Positions 1-9,821 of a stretch of 64,000 bases of DNA are shown piece after piece; the first letter of the stretch is position 1; each line of letters begins with the position of its first letter. The notes under the pieces were generated by a model. The model did no database searches. It had not been told where the DNA came from and saw nothing but the letters and a program-made list of their open reading frames with translations. A program made the translations under genes and the position numbers. Location: assembly GCA_964362195.1 (NCBI GenBank), contig CAYICZ010000002.1:63-64062 (forward strand). Reading direction: 5' to 3'. Source of the stretch: an uncultured Gammaproteobacteria bacterium (lineage in GTDB: Bacteria; Patescibacteriota; Microgenomatia; Daviesbacterales; UBA10151).

Positions 1-2354
1 ATTCTGCTGATCTAAAAATAGAATGTGAAGATGCAAAGGTTTCATACAATAAAAAATCAGAAACAGTTAGTTTAACTTATATAAAACCAATTCCGGCCGG
101 TAAGCACAATCTAAAGCTTAAGTTTAGCGGATTTTTAAATGATAAGATGAGAGGATTTTATAGGAGCAAGTATGGAGATAATCAGCATTTGGCCACTACC
201 CAGTTTGAATCAACAGATGCCCGCCGTGCCTTTCCTTCTTTTGATGAGCCTGCCCAAAAAGCCATTTTTGACGTGACTTTAATGATTCCCCCCGGAAAGA
301 TGGCTATCTCAAATACCATTGAATCAGAAGTTTTGGAACATGAGAGTGGTTATCAAATTGTTCAGTTTGCCCCGACTCCTAAAATGAGCACCTATCTTTT
401 AGCTTTTATTGTGGGGGATTTTGAATATATTGAGGGTAAAAGTGAGGATGGAACAGTAGTTAGGGTTTTTACCACTCCCGGTAAAAAGGATCAGGCTAAA
501 TTTGCCCTGGAGGTTGCCAAAAAATGCATGGATTTTTATGAGAGGTATTTTGGCATAGATTATCCTTTGCCTGTTTTGGATATGATTGCCATCCCGGATT
601 TTGCAGCCGGGGCCATGGAAAATTGGGGAGCTGTGACTTACAGAGAATCAACCTTGTTGGTGGATGAGGAAAAAACATCTTCACAAAATAAACAATGGGT
701 AGCCATGGTAATTGCCCATGAGCTGGCCCACCAGTGGTTTGGCAATTTGGTAACCATGGAGTGGTGGACCCATCTTTGGTTAAACGAGGGTTTTGCCTCA
801 TTTATAGAATATTTAGCCATAGATCATATCTTTCCGGAGTGGGATATCTGGACCCAATTTGTGGCAAATGAAATGGGAGTAGCGCTGTCTTTGGATGCTT
901 TGAACAATACTCACCCCATTGAGGTAGAAGTAGGGCATCCGGCAGAAATATCTGAAATTTTTGACCGGGTTTCTTATTCCAAAGGGGCCTCAGTCTTGCG
1001 AATGCTCTGGAAGTATTTAGGGGAAGAGGATTTTCAAAAAGGATTGCAACATTATTTAAAAAAGCATGCGTATGGAAATGCCCAAACAGGGGATTTATGG
1101 AAAGCATTATCAGAAGTTTCTGGTAAAAATGTAGGTAAAATTATGGCTAACTGGACTGGGAAGGCTGGACATCCTCTGGTTAGGGTACAGGAGACAGGCA
1201 ACAGGCTACAGTTAACACAATCCAGATTTTTTTCAAGCCCAATTTCCAAAAAACAAACCCATGACAATACTATTTGGTCGATTCCAATAAATGGGTTTTT
1301 GATGGGCAAAAAGTCCATGATAGTTAAAGGAGATGGAAAACTAAATAAAGGAGAAGTAAGTTTGGTCAGAGTTGATTATCCGCATGAATATTTGAAAAAA
1401 TTAGAATCAAAGATTAGTCAGCTCTCTGCTCCAGACAGGTTAGGATTAATAAGAGATAGTTTTGATCTTGCCCAATCCGAAAATTCACCTACATCATTAG
1501 CATTAGAATTGGCACAAAGTTATAAGGAAGAGGAAGATTATACTGTTTGGAGTTCTTTAACAAGTCACTTGAGCCAGCTAGATTCACTTTTGGCTTATGA
1601 AAGTTTTTATGATGATTTCAGAAATTATGGAAAACAGATTTATTCCGGGATAGCTCTAAAAATGGGATGGGAAAAGAAAGCAGGAGAAAAACACACAGAT
1701 TCTTTGCTTCGTGGAATGGTTTTAAATATGCTGGGTTTTCTCGGAGATGAAAAAACCATTAAAAAAGCTCAATCTTTATTTGGTAAAAGAGTGGATCCTG
1801 ATTTAAAAGGTGTAGTTTATAACCTGGTGGCAGAAAATGGGGGAAAAAATGAGTGGAATACTTTAGTTAAGATGTATAAAGAAGAGGATAACCAGCAGGA
1901 AAGAGACAGATTAGGCAGATCCTTGGGTAAATTTTCGTCCAAAGGACGACCAGACTCTGGCTGGAAATCTAAAAAATTGCTTAATAAAACTCTCGCATTT
2001 TCTATCAGTAAGCATGTCAGGTTTCAAAATACTTTGGGGATAATAGCTTCTGTTTGGCATAATCCGGAAGGCAGATATTTAGCCTGGGAATTTGTCAAGT
2101 CTAATTGGAAAATGCTAAAAGAGCGATATGCCGGCGGGCATTATTTCACCAGAGTCTTCACTCCGGCAGGGGAGTTTACAAAATTAACTGATGCCAAAGA
2201 TATAGAAAAATTTGTCAAGAAAAATCCCGTCCCGGAGGCCAAAAGAACTATAGCCCAAGCTCTAGAACAAATTTATTCTAATGTGGAATGGTTAAAAAGG
2301 GATAGGGAAGGAATTAAGAAATTTTTAGAAAAATTTAAGCTCAAGGAGAGTTAA
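1..2354 (+). CDS. pepN: M1-family aminopeptidase N (5' partial; reading frame stays open to base 3 of the window)
   Basis: GAMEN motif (AGAMENWGAV) and HEXXH-X18-E zinc motif (VIAHELAHQWFGN...WLNEGFA); frame open upstream of the M at 147, so the true N-terminus lies outside the window. Confidence 0.85.
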   Translation, partial: SADLKIECEDAKVSYNKKSETVSLTYIKPIPAGKHNLKLKFSGFLNDKMRGFYRSKYGDNQHLATTQFESTDARRAFPSFDEPAQKAIFDVTLMIPPGKMAISNTIESEVLEHESGYQIVQFAPTPKMSTYLLAFIVGDFEYIEGKSEDGTVVRVFTTPGKKDQAKFALEVAKKCMDFYERYFGIDYPLPVLDMIAIPDFAAGAMENWGAVTYRESTLLVDEEKTSSQNKQWVAMVIAHELAHQWFGNLVTMEWWTHLWLNEGFASFIEYLAIDHIFPEWDIWTQFVANEMGVALSLDALNNTHPIEVEVGHPAEISEIFDRVSYSKGASVLRMLWKYLGEEDFQKGLQHYLKKHAYGNAQTGDLWKALSEVSGKNVGKIMANWTGKAGHPLVRVQETGNRLQLTQSRFFSSPISKKQTHDNTIWSIPINGFLMGKKSMIVKGDGKLNKGEVSLVRVDYPHEYLKKLESKISQLSAPDRLGLIRDSFDLAQSENSPTSLALELAQSYKEEEDYTVWSSLTSHLSQLDSLLAYESFYDDFRNYGKQIYSGIALKMGWEKKAGEKHTDSLLRGMVLNMLGFLGDEKTIKKAQSLFGKRVDPDLKGVVYNLVAENGGKNEWNTLVKMYKEEDNQQERDRLGRSLGKFSSKGRPDSGWKSKKLLNKTLAFSISKHVRFQNTLGIIASVWHNPEGRYLAWEFVKSNWKMLKERYAGGHYFTRVFTPAGEFTKLTDAKDIEKFVKKNPVPEAKRTIAQALEQIYSNVEWLKRDREGIKKFLEKFKLKES

Positions 2355-2428
2355 AAATCCGCAGGTGTAGCTACAATTCCACCCCCGGGGTGGACATTCG
2401 ATAAGTAAAAGAATGCCAGATAGAAAAT
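2345..2428. repeat. composite palindromic insert (REP-cluster-like) between two ~50-bp imperfect direct copies of the pepN 3' end
   Basis: 2281-2330 and 2428-2480 are near-identical (gtgg[a/g]atggttaaaaagggatag...attaagaa.tttttagaaaa); the segment between them carries aggtgtagctacaattc (half-site of the cacctcgaaggtg family) and ccacccccggggtggac (7-bp stem hairpin). Confidence 0.5.
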
Positions 2429-2564
2429 TGTGGGATGGTTAAAAAGGGATAGAACAGGGATTAAGAAGTTTTTTAGAAAATCTTCGATAAGTTTACTTTA
2501 TTTTTTCTTTAGTTGCTGAAATTGTGCTGCTAAAGCTGTATTCCTGAGATGATCACTAAATCTA

Positions 2565-2963
2565 TTATCTGGTTGGGTTCCCAGGCAATGTAGAAGCAGT
2601 TCTGATTTTTGTCTGCTCTGATGGATCTAGAGCAGTAAAAGCTACTTGTTGAGCTTTGATCCTACCTGATAGGGTTCTTATCTGATCTTCAGGGGGATAG
2701 TTTTCTTTTGAGCCTTTTTTGATATAAACAGTATTTCCATAATCGTCTGAGAATTGAGCAATACTGAATACATCAGAATTTGGATCAATTCCTCCTTCAG
2801 GAGTACGATAAGCTCCATGAACAGAGTCGCGGAATTTAAATTTTTGGGCATACTCCTGATTTTGCTGAGCCATACCCGCTTGACGCTCAGCCCTTCTGGC
2901 TTTAAATCTTTTTACATATTCTGGTGGAAGATTATTTAGTTTATCTATAGGATCTTCAGGCAT
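2565..2963 (-). CDS. hypothetical protein
   Basis: 132-aa ORF with no motif I recognise. Confidence 0.4.
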   Translation of the reverse strand: MPEDPIDKLNNLPPEYVKRFKARRAERQAGMAQQNQEYAQKFKFRDSVHGAYRTPEGGIDPNSDVFSIAQFSDDYGNTVYIKKGSKENYPPEDQIRTLSGRIKAQQVAFTALDPSEQTKIRTASTLPGNPTR

Positions 2964-3003
2964 ACTCTTATTTTAGCATATTTTATGGTAAAATTCATGG
3001 ATT

Positions 3004-3567
3004 ATGGCTGGAAATGTTAATGAACTTCGAAATGGTGCTTTTATAAAAGAAGGCAAAGATATTTTTTTGGTGGTTACTTATGAGCATATGAAAACCGGAC
3101 GGGGGTCCGGCAATATTAAGCTTAAAGTTAGAAATCTTCGCACAGGTGCTGTAGTTGAGAAATCATATATAACCGGAGCAAAAGTAGAAGAGGCTAATGT
3201 AGATAAGAAAAAAGCCCAATTTTTATACTGGGACGCGGATATTTACTCTTTTATGGATCCTGTATCTTTTGAACAGTTTAGCGTCTCTTCTCAAGTTTTA
3301 GGAGATCAAATAAAATATTTAAAAGATGGACTTGATGTGATTTTAATTGTTTTAGACGAAGAAGTATTGGGTTTGGAGTTGCCAATGAGCTTGGTTTATA
3401 CCATTGTTGAAACAGGTCCAGGCGAAAAAGGTAATACTGTGTCAAATGTTTACAAAGATGCTACACTAGATAATGGATTGGTTGTTAAAGTTCCCCTGTT
3501 TATGGATGCTGGGGAAAAGGTTAAAATAGATACCAGATCAGGAGAATATGTGGAGAGAGTAAAATGA
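3004..3567 (+). CDS. efp: elongation factor P
   Basis: KLKVRNLRTGAVVEK and the three-domain EF-P pattern; loop tip reads KTGRGSG (Arg at the position of E. coli K34). Confidence 0.9.
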   Translation: MAGNVNELRNGAFIKEGKDIFLVVTYEHMKTGRGSGNIKLKVRNLRTGAVVEKSYITGAKVEEANVDKKKAQFLYWDADIYSFMDPVSFEQFSVSSQVLGDQIKYLKDGLDVILIVLDEEVLGLELPMSLVYTIVETGPGEKGNTVSNVYKDATLDNGLVVKVPLFMDAGEKVKIDTRSGEYVERVK

Positions 3568-4451
3568 CAAAGAAAATAACTAAGGTGTTAATCCCTGCAG
3601 CCGGATTTGGGACACGGTTTTTACCCCAAACCAAGGCCATGCCCAAGGAGATGTTGCCGATTGTAGACAAGCCTGTAATTCAATATGTAGTTGAAGAAAT
3701 TGTGGCCTCCGGTATAGAAAACATAATTATTGTTACAGGCGCAACCAAGCGGGCAATTGAGGATCACTTTGATGAGCCATCTGAGGATCTGGTACAAAAT
3801 TTAAAAAACGGCAATAAAACTAAAGCTCTGGAACAAATAGAGCATATTTCAAATATGGCAAATTTTATTTATGTCAGGCAAAAAGGGCCTTATGGCAATG
3901 GTACCCCTGTTTTATCCGGTGAGTCAGTGATTGAAGATGAGCCTTTTGCCGTGATTTGGGGAGATGAGTTTATTTTGTCAGAACCTCCAAGACTTAAACA
4001 AATGATTGATGTATATGAAAAGTATGGGGGAATGGTAGTCTCTGGTGTCAGAATAGAAAATAAAGAAGATTTAAGAAGATACGGGGTAATGGATTTAGAG
4101 CCGGTTGAAGGAAATGTCTATAAAGTAAAAAGTATTGTGGAAAAGCCGCAACCTGGCGAGGCACCTTCCAATCTGGCTGCAATTGGAGCTTATATTTTGC
4201 CTCCGGAAATTTTTGAAGCGCTTAAAAGTATAAAGCCTGGTAAAGGAGGAGAGCTCTGGTTGGTTGATGCTATAAATCTACTACAAGAAAAGGGGATTCC
4301 TTTATATACTGTAGAAATTGAGAATGGCAAATATTATGATACGGGAAATAAGCTGGAATATATGAAAACTGTGGTGGATTTGGCAAGAGTTCACCCTGAA
4401 ATAGGCAGCGATTTTGAAAAATACTTAAAAGAGTTAATGAACAAATCTTAA
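3564..4451 (+). CDS. galU: UTP--glucose-1-phosphate uridylyltransferase
   Basis: N-terminal IPAAGFGTRFLPQTKAMPKEMLPIVDKP nucleotidyltransferase motif; overlaps the efp stop by 4 bp. Confidence 0.85.
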   Translation: MTKKITKVLIPAAGFGTRFLPQTKAMPKEMLPIVDKPVIQYVVEEIVASGIENIIIVTGATKRAIEDHFDEPSEDLVQNLKNGNKTKALEQIEHISNMANFIYVRQKGPYGNGTPVLSGESVIEDEPFAVIWGDEFILSEPPRLKQMIDVYEKYGGMVVSGVRIENKEDLRRYGVMDLEPVEGNVYKVKSIVEKPQPGEAPSNLAAIGAYILPPEIFEALKSIKPGKGGELWLVDAINLLQEKGIPLYTVEIENGKYYDTGNKLEYMKTVVDLARVHPEIGSDFEKYLKELMNKS

Positions 4452-4919
4452 AGCAATAACTATTCCGCCAACAGTTACTGCCTGAGTTAAAATTCCCCAT
4501 GGCAGAAAAGCTAGTTTGGCATGTTTTTGAATTTTATGTTGAAATTGGTAGGCAGTGGAAAATGGTGGAAATTTCCAGTTAAACAAAAGATAGGGCATCA
4601 TTAAAATGTCCCAGATTTCAGAAAAAAAGATACAGGATAAAAGATAAATAGGATCTACATTTTTACCAAAGATAAAAAAAGCTAACAGTATTCCTACTAC
4701 CAAATCTAAAACAGATTCGGCGAAGAGAGTAATTTTATTTTTGCCTCTCCAGCCTAACCCAAGATCCCAATGAGGGATCATATCTAAAAGAGGGTGAGAG
4801 AGCGCAGCCAAAGGTAGAGCGATTGCAGGATTTGAAATAGAGGCTGCTATTGCGCCACCGACTAGCGCGTGTGCTGTTGCTGTCATAAATGAGATAATAA
4901 GTGTATCACGTTTTGTCAA
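4434..4919 (-). CDS. membrane-bound metal-dependent hydrolase-like protein (DUF457/YdjM-like)
   Basis: small polytopic membrane protein with conserved His/Asp positions; weak family recall. Confidence 0.35.
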   Translation of the reverse strand: MTKRDTLIISFMTATAHALVGGAIAASISNPAIALPLAALSHPLLDMIPHWDLGLGWRGKNKITLFAESVLDLVVGILLAFFIFGKNVDPIYLLSCIFFSEIWDILMMPYLLFNWKFPPFSTAYQFQHKIQKHAKLAFLPWGILTQAVTVGGIVIALRFVH

Positions 4920-4939
4920 TTTGATTCAACTAACCCTTT

Positions 4940-5851
4940 ATGGTAACCTTCTTGGATATGTTTCCGGTACTTTTTTCCATTGGCAAATTTTCTGTCTCAT
5001 CTTTTGGAGTTTTTCTATCTCTGGGATTTATTTTTGGAGTCTTTTTAATCTGGAGGTTGTCCCGGGCCTGGGATTTGGATGAGGAAAAAATTCTGGATTT
5101 AACACTTTTAACATTTGTGGGAGGGCTAATTGGCGCAAGGATCTACTTTGGTATTACTCACATAAGTGAGTTTGCATCCAGTCCGCTAAATTTTATCCTT
5201 TTTTTCAAATACCCGGGATTTTCTTTTTGGGGAGGATTTTTAGGTGGTTGGCTTACTATGTATTACTATGCAAGGAGACAAAGAGTAGATTTTTGGCAAA
5301 TTGCAGACATAGCTGCAGTTGGTTTTTTAGGAGGGCTTATTTTATCTGATTTAGGTTGTTTTTTGGGTGGTTGTGGGGCAGGAAGTCAGACGCATTTATT
5401 TTTAGGTGTTCCCATGGTCGGGTTAATTGGCAGAAGATGGCCTGTTCAACTAGTTGAAGCTATTTTACTTGCCTTTATTTTGCGAAATATTTGGAAAAAA
5501 GCAACACATTTTCACCTTAGGGGTAAAATTATCAGTCTTAGTTTAGTTTTAATAGGCTTGGTCAAGTTAATGCTTTTACCTTTTAAACAAATTGCAGGAG
5601 GAGAGTATATTTTCTCAAGCCTTCTGGTTATTTTAGGAATTACTATTTTTTATAGAGTTACAAAGCAAAATATAATAATTGACTTAAAACGCTTTGTTAA
5701 ATTTATCTCAAACAGAAAGTTAGTGTTAGAAGTTTTACAAAAGAGCTGGTATAATCACCAAACGTCCTTTACTTGGAAGTTTAGGAATTTAAAAAAATTA
5801 TTAAGGAGGTTTAATGTTAGATTTTCCATCAAAAACACTAAAATATCTTAA
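4940..5851 (+). CDS. lgt: prolipoprotein diacylglyceryl transferase-like
   Basis: FSIGKFSVSSFG / GARIYF / FWGGFLGG blocks align to the Lgt FSIGP..HWYG / GARIGY / FHGGLIG blocks; polytopic; ~60-aa C-terminal extension. Confidence 0.65.
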   Translation: MVTFLDMFPVLFSIGKFSVSSFGVFLSLGFIFGVFLIWRLSRAWDLDEEKILDLTLLTFVGGLIGARIYFGITHISEFASSPLNFILFFKYPGFSFWGGFLGGWLTMYYYARRQRVDFWQIADIAAVGFLGGLILSDLGCFLGGCGAGSQTHLFLGVPMVGLIGRRWPVQLVEAILLAFILRNIWKKATHFHLRGKIISLSLVLIGLVKLMLLPFKQIAGGEYIFSSLLVILGITIFYRVTKQNIIIDLKRFVKFISNRKLVLEVLQKSWYNHQTSFTWKFRNLKKLLRRFNVRFSIKNTKIS

Positions 5852-6170
5852 AAACCTGTTAGTCAGACAGCAAAGAGAGGTTGAGAAAAATTTAAAAGAA
5901 GTTACGGAAGATGATCCGGCTATGAGTCAAGTGCTGGCTGAAACTTCAGAACCTGGAACAGATTCATCCATTGCAGATTCTCATACCAAAACAGTGGTTG
6001 TTGAAGAGCAACTTAAGAAAGCAAATACCAGCATAAAAGTAGCTCTTTTAAAAATTAGCAAAGGGACTTATGGCAAATGTGAGAAATGTGGTAAACAGAT
6101 AGAAATTGGTAGACTTCTGGCTATGCCCACAGCCCAATATTGTTTATCTGACTCCAAAAAAATTCACTAA
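5814..6170 (+). CDS. DksA/TraR-family zinc-finger protein
   Basis: C-terminal CEKCGKQIEIGRLLAMPTAQYC zinc-finger spacing; N-terminal coiled coil; overlaps the lgt 3' end. Confidence 0.55.
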   Translation: MLDFPSKTLKYLKNLLVRQQREVEKNLKEVTEDDPAMSQVLAETSEPGTDSSIADSHTKTVVVEEQLKKANTSIKVALLKISKGTYGKCEKCGKQIEIGRLLAMPTAQYCLSDSKKIH

Positions 6171-6183
6171 ATAATAATCTTTA

Positions 6184-6909
6184 GTGTATAATTTAAATAT
6201 GCCCTTTGATGAAGAATACTTAAAAGATAATTTTGTTTCTGTGGTAGCTCACGAACTTAGAACCCCGATTACTGCTATTAGATCTTATGCCTGGATGGCT
6301 CTTCACAAATCAGATGTACCTTTATCACAAAAACTGGAAAAATACCTGATCAGAATTTTTATTTCCTCAGAAAGATTAATTAATCTGGTTAATAGTATGC
6401 TTAATATCTCACGTATTGAATCAGGCAAGATTGAGATACATCTGGAGAGAGTAGATATAATTTCAATACTTAAAGATACAATTGATGAGGCTTATTATTC
6501 TAAATCTACTGAAAAACAGATCAATATATCACTTTTAGAACAACCCCTACCCAAGGTTTTAGCAGACCCGGAGAAATTAAGAGAAGTATTACTGAATATT
6601 TTAGTGAATGCAATCAAATTTTCATCAAATAGAGGAAAAATTACCGTTAGTTTCTTTACTGATGGTAATGTGATAGAAGTAAGTATTAAGGATGAAGGTC
6701 CGGGAATAAGCAGAGAGGATTTATCCAAGTTATTTAAAAAATTTGGCAAACTGGATAATTCCTACACTGCTGCTACTTCCGGAGGTACAGGTTTAGGACT
6801 ATATATTTCTAAAAGTTTGACGGAGAAGATGAATGGTAAAATTTGGGCTGTCTCAGAGGGCTTAGGTCAAGGGGCAACTTTTGTTTTATCGTTGCCTATT
6901 GCTAAATAA
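6184..6909 (+). CDS. cytoplasmic sensor histidine kinase (HisKA + HATPase_c only, no TM or sensor domain)
   Basis: H-box VAHELRTPITAIRSY; N, G1 and G2 boxes (LLNILVNAIKFS, KDEGPGIS, GGTGLGLYISK). Confidence 0.8.
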   Translation: MYNLNMPFDEEYLKDNFVSVVAHELRTPITAIRSYAWMALHKSDVPLSQKLEKYLIRIFISSERLINLVNSMLNISRIESGKIEIHLERVDIISILKDTIDEAYYSKSTEKQINISLLEQPLPKVLADPEKLREVLLNILVNAIKFSSNRGKITVSFFTDGNVIEVSIKDEGPGISREDLSKLFKKFGKLDNSYTAATSGGTGLGLYISKSLTEKMNGKIWAVSEGLGQGATFVLSLPIAK

Positions 6910-6981
6910 ATTATGGATAATCAAAGCAAAAAAATATTAACGTCCCGCCATAGGCGGGAGGAAAGCAGGCTTTGACATATT

Positions 6982-7359
6982 ATGGCAAAGATTCTTATTG
7001 TTGAGGATGACCAGTTTTTAAGGGAGTTTTACCAGGAGCTTTTAACAGAGGAAGGATATTTAATAGATGCGGCAGCAGATGGGGAAGTTGCGTTGTCTAA
7101 ACTCAAAGATAATGAATATGATTTAGTACTTTTGGATATTATGCTTCCTAAAAAAGACGGCGTACAAATTTTAAGGGATTTAAAAGCTACTCCTGCCAAA
7201 AAGGCAAATGTGACTATTGTTGTTTTAACCAATTTAGGCCAGGATGCAGTTATAAAAGAATGCTTTGATTTAGGGGCAGAAGGATATTTAATCAAATCTG
7301 CTATGAATCCGGATCAGGTGCTTCAGGAGGTTAAAAGCTATCTTCAAAAAACCCCTTAA
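6982..7359 (+). CDS. single-domain response regulator (CheY-like receiver, no output domain)
   Basis: MAKILIVEDD...LVLLDIMLPKKDG...KS receiver signature; 125 aa. Confidence 0.8.
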   Translation: MAKILIVEDDQFLREFYQELLTEEGYLIDAAADGEVALSKLKDNEYDLVLLDIMLPKKDGVQILRDLKATPAKKANVTIVVLTNLGQDAVIKECFDLGAEGYLIKSAMNPDQVLQEVKSYLQKTP

Positions 7360-8105
7360 TGAAAGTTATTTTTCAGGATGATGATTTATTAGTTTTAGAC
7401 AAACCGGCAGGATTAGTGGTGGATAAGTCTAATACTCAGCAGGCCGATACTTTAGAGGATATTTTAAAAAAAGATTTTAATATTAAGCTTAAGCGGGGGG
7501 GAATAGTGCATAGATTAGACAAAGATACCTCAGGGGTAATTTTGGTTGCTAAAACCCAAGTTGCGCTGGAAAATCTGCAAGCCCAATTTAAGGAAAGAAA
7601 GACTAAAAAAGAATATCTGGCATTAGTTCATGGATTTGTGGAAAGTCTGGGTAAAGTGGAAGGAAATATTGGCAGGAATCCAATAAAGCGGGGAAAATTT
7701 ACAGTGTTAGATGAAGGGAAGGAGGCTGTGACTGAGTATAGACTGGTTAAGCATTTGACAATGGACAATGGACATTTGACAAATACATTTTCAGATTTAA
7801 ACAAAATTCAAATGAGGAAACTGGAGAGAATGAAATACAATGAATTCACTTTACTCCGCTGTTTCCCAAAAACTGGACGAACACACCAAATTAGGGTACA
7901 TTTAAAATACATCAATCATCCAATAGTTTCAGATGAGATATACGGGGGAAAGAAGATAGTACGGTTGGATCACAGATGGTGCTTGAGGCAATTTTTGCAT
8001 GCTGCTAAAATTGGCTTTTATCATCCTGTTTCAGGTAATTGGACGGAAGTTGAAAGTGAATTGCCTGAGGATTTGAAAGAAGCTTTAAATAAATTGAATG
8101 AATAA
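7359..8105 (+). CDS. RluA-family pseudouridine synthase
   Basis: catalytic HRLDKDTSGVILVAKT motif; start overlaps the upstream stop. Confidence 0.8.
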   Translation: MKVIFQDDDLLVLDKPAGLVVDKSNTQQADTLEDILKKDFNIKLKRGGIVHRLDKDTSGVILVAKTQVALENLQAQFKERKTKKEYLALVHGFVESLGKVEGNIGRNPIKRGKFTVLDEGKEAVTEYRLVKHLTMDNGHLTNTFSDLNKIQMRKLERMKYNEFTLLRCFPKTGRTHQIRVHLKYINHPIVSDEIYGGKKIVRLDHRWCLRQFLHAAKIGFYHPVSGNWTEVESELPEDLKEALNKLNE

Positions 8106-9807
8106 TATTTTTATACAACTTGCCATAATTTTAGGTTTATCCTCAGCTTTAGGCTTTGTGGTGGTTAAATTTAAACTGCCACTTTTGATTGCCTATTTAA
8201 TTGTAGGGCTTTTAATTGCAACATCTGCTATTTTTGATCCCAGGGCATCAGATGTTTTACATTTCCTGCCTGAAATAGGAATAGCATTTGTGCTTTTTTT
8301 GGTAGGAATGGAACTTGATCTCAGGGAAATAAAAAGCCTGGGTAAGCCGATCCTTTTAGCAGGAACTGTTCAAATTATTATTACAACTATTGCAGGTTCA
8401 ACTATTGCAAACCTTTTAGGTTTTAGGCAACTGGAATCCTGGTATTTAGGTATAGGGCTTGCTTTTTCCTCAACCATTCTGGTGATTAAACTTTTGATTG
8501 ACAAAAAAGATGTTGGAGCACTTTATGGAAAGTTAGCTGTAGGTATTTTACTCCTGGAGGATCTTTTTGCAGTACTTTTACTGGTTGTTTTAACTGTTTC
8601 TTCATCAGTTTTAGGCTTAGGGTTACAGCAAACATTTCCTGTTATTGCCTTAATATTGAAGGCAGTTTTGCTTTTCGGACCGGTTTTTGTATTTAGCAGA
8701 TTTATTTTACCTGTTGTTTTTAAGACGGTTGCAAGACAAAGCGAGCTGCTTTTCATAACTGCGCTGGCCTGGTGTTTTGTTTACATATCTTTTGCAATTG
8801 TTTTAGGTTTCTCTGTTGTTATCGGGGCATTTTTAGCAGGAGTTGCGCTGGCAAATTCTCCTTTTCATTATCAAATTCAGGGTAAAGTAAAACCTTTAAG
8901 GGAATTTTTTGTAGCATTGTTTTTTGTTTATCTTGGGACACAGGTAGATTTTACTGAGATTGGCAAGATATATCCTTTGATGATCGTTTTCACAAGTTAT
9001 ACATTGATAATTAAGCCTACGATATTTTTACTGCTTTTGGGATCATTTGGGTTCAGAAAACATACAATGTTTCAGACGGCTTTAAGTCTAACCCACATCA
9101 GTGAGTTCTCATTAATCCTAATGCTGGTTGGCTTTGAACTCGGTATTGTCAGCAGGTCAGCTTTGACTGTGATAGCGCTGTCAGCCGTGCTTTCTATGAT
9201 TGTAGCTTCTGTCATGATTACCCATGCCAATAAGCTGTATAAGAAAATTACCAATATATTAAGTTTTTTCGAAAGGAAAAATTTTAAACATTCTCTGGAA
9301 AAGATAGATACCAGAGAGAATTTAAAAGGTTATGTAATAGTAATAGGGGCAAGAAAGGTGGGAGGGGAGATAGTTAAGTTATTAAAAAGGGAGAATATTC
9401 CTCAAATTGTTCTGGATTTTAATCCTCATCAGGTTGAAGTTTTAATAAAAGAAAAAATTCCTGTTTTGTATGGTGATATGGGAGACCCGGAAGTTTTGGA
9501 TGGATTGAACTTAGCAGATGCCAGGATGGTGATTTCTACATCAGCCAGTGTGGATGATAATTTGTTGCTTTTGGAAGAATTAAGGTTGAGGCATATCAAT
9601 ATACCGGTTATTATCAGAGCTGATGAGGCTGATGATGCGGAAGATTTATACAAAGCAGGAGCTGATTTTGTTATCCTGCCGGAAATCATGGCAGGGGATT
9701 TTTTGGTGGAAAAGCTTAAGGATCACTTAAACAGCGGAAATTTCTTCAAAGACCGTAGTAAAACAGAATTAGCACGGTTATCCAAAAAAACATTGGCCTG
9801 GGAATAA
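8098..9807 (+). CDS. CPA2-family cation:proton antiporter with C-terminal RCK/TrkA-N domain (KefB-like)
   Basis: about 12 TM helices followed by the Rossmann GxGxxG motif VIVIGARKVGGEIVKLL. Confidence 0.8.
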   Translation: MNNIFIQLAIILGLSSALGFVVVKFKLPLLIAYLIVGLLIATSAIFDPRASDVLHFLPEIGIAFVLFLVGMELDLREIKSLGKPILLAGTVQIIITTIAGSTIANLLGFRQLESWYLGIGLAFSSTILVIKLLIDKKDVGALYGKLAVGILLLEDLFAVLLLVVLTVSSSVLGLGLQQTFPVIALILKAVLLFGPVFVFSRFILPVVFKTVARQSELLFITALAWCFVYISFAIVLGFSVVIGAFLAGVALANSPFHYQIQGKVKPLREFFVALFFVYLGTQVDFTEIGKIYPLMIVFTSYTLIIKPTIFLLLLGSFGFRKHTMFQTALSLTHISEFSLILMLVGFELGIVSRSALTVIALSAVLSMIVASVMITHANKLYKKITNILSFFERKNFKHSLEKIDTRENLKGYVIVIGARKVGGEIVKLLKRENIPQIVLDFNPHQVEVLIKEKIPVLYGDMGDPEVLDGLNLADARMVISTSASVDDNLLLLEELRLRHINIPVIIRADEADDAEDLYKAGADFVILPEIMAGDFLVEKLKDHLNSGNFFKDRSKTELARLSKKTLAWE

Positions 9808-9821
9808 ATATTTAAATTTTC

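Noticed and set aside
496-1318. Four minus-strand ORFs (60-101 aa) inside pepN
   Set aside because: Entirely nested antisense within a strongly supported M1 aminopeptidase gene. No motifs. Typical shadow ORFs of AT-rich DNA.
6942-6960. Hairpin tcccgcc-ata-ggcggga after the histidine-kinase stop, considered as a terminator
   Set aside because: No downstream U-tract (followed by ggaaagcagg). The downstream RR gene is probably co-transcribed. Mentioned only as a possible regulatory hairpin.
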